Assembly: GCA_051362555.1 (NCBI GenBank) | Contig: CM120646.1 | Coordinates: 11,842,001-11,906,000 of the forward strand | Source of the DNA: Lingula anatina | Lineage: Eukaryota > Animalia > Brachiopoda | Direction of reading: 5' to 3' | DNA: 64,000 nt | Shown: in pieces, positions 63,294-64,000 of the stretch | Layout: each line of letters starts with the position of its first letter | Numbering within the stretch: the stretch's first letter is position 1 | Translations under genes and position numbers: made by a program | Notes under the pieces: generated by a model | What the model saw: the letters and a program-made list of their open reading frames with translations, nothing else | What the model was told of the DNA's origin: nothing | The model's database searches: none

Positions 63294-64000
63294 TTTTGTC
63301 TACAATATTTCAGCAGCAATATGTTCTTAAAGTTTTGAAAGTGCATGTATTTCGGATAACTTGAATTTCGGAAATCGTTTCTACAAGATTTGGTTGGTTT
63401 GAGTCATAAAATACCCAATGTTATGTACATATTTACTTACTAATGGTTGTCATGGGTTTTTCAATGTGGACGGCCTCTTTTGGCATTCCTATCAAGGTGA
63501 CCTTCCCCGCTGGTCTTAATAGATTAAATATTCTGTTGACAACCGCTGGTACCCCAGTGCACTCACATATCCTCCCAACACCATATTTTTGAGTCATGTA
63601 CATGATGACATCATGGACATCAACTACACTAGAATTGATGATGTCATCAGCGCCCATTTTCTTGGCCATTTCCAGTTTGTCGTCCTTAATGTCCATTGCA
63701 ATGATTCTGGAAATGTTGGAAGCTTATATGTCTTTGAAAACCAGTGCTTTAGCCACTACAATAGGTAACCAAGTGTAAGTAGGCCTATTTATAAACGAAA
63801 AAGTGAAACGACAAATTATTCGTGTTCTAAAAAGATAACGGTTCTTCTATGTACAATAATCTTTTATCTAAAAGGACCTTAAAAGGTCTCATAAAGGTAC
63901 TATTTATTTAACTGAAGACTACCTTTTGGCCCCGAAAACCTTAGCCACACTGATAGCCAGCAGACCAATGGTCCCACATCCAGTGATCAAAACGTCCTCA
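62927..64000 (-). CDS. tdh: Zn-dependent medium-chain dehydrogenase, most like bacterial-type L-threonine 3-dehydrogenase (3' part only)
   Basis: Exons >64000-63923, 63706-63441, 63129-62927 (phases 2,1). Rossmann motif VLITGCGTIGLLA, then LEMAKKMGADDIIN, GVGRICECTG, GKVTLIGMP, FGRRIWNSW and VITHQMPMTQYEDAF..GDACKIL. The GRR..W motif favours Tdh over sorbitol dehydrogenase. Confidence 0.75.

Noticed and set aside
1-64000. CRISPR arrays, rRNA, tRNA or prokaryotic operons
   Set aside because: None recognised. The sequence is intron-rich eukaryotic DNA, and its repeats are microsatellites, MITEs or two-copy duplications without repeat-spacer structure.

Overview
AT-rich eukaryotic DNA with GT-AG introns, microsatellites and MITEs, probably from a marine invertebrate (lophotrochozoan-like; inference). 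Genes I could splice by hand: two tandem rhodopsin-class peptide-receptor-like GPCRs in an ~8.6 kb segmental duplication; two related 3-exon genes for small secreted Pro/Cys-rich peptides; a GPI-type Ly6/uPAR (three-finger) protein; a secreted LDLa-repeat protein; a single-domain C-type lectin; and the 3' part of a Zn-dependent (MDR, bacterial-type) L-threonine 3-dehydrogenase. The most unusual feature is at ~39.0-46.3 kb, a twice-repeated head-to-head gene pair. Its minus-strand, intron-containing gene ends in a domain that by eye follows the RelE/YafQ mRNA-interferase pattern. Its plus-strand partner is a basic protein with a CxxC plus helical C-terminus. The two toxin-like copies carry complementary lesions. 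All family calls are motif recognition only; no database searches were run.
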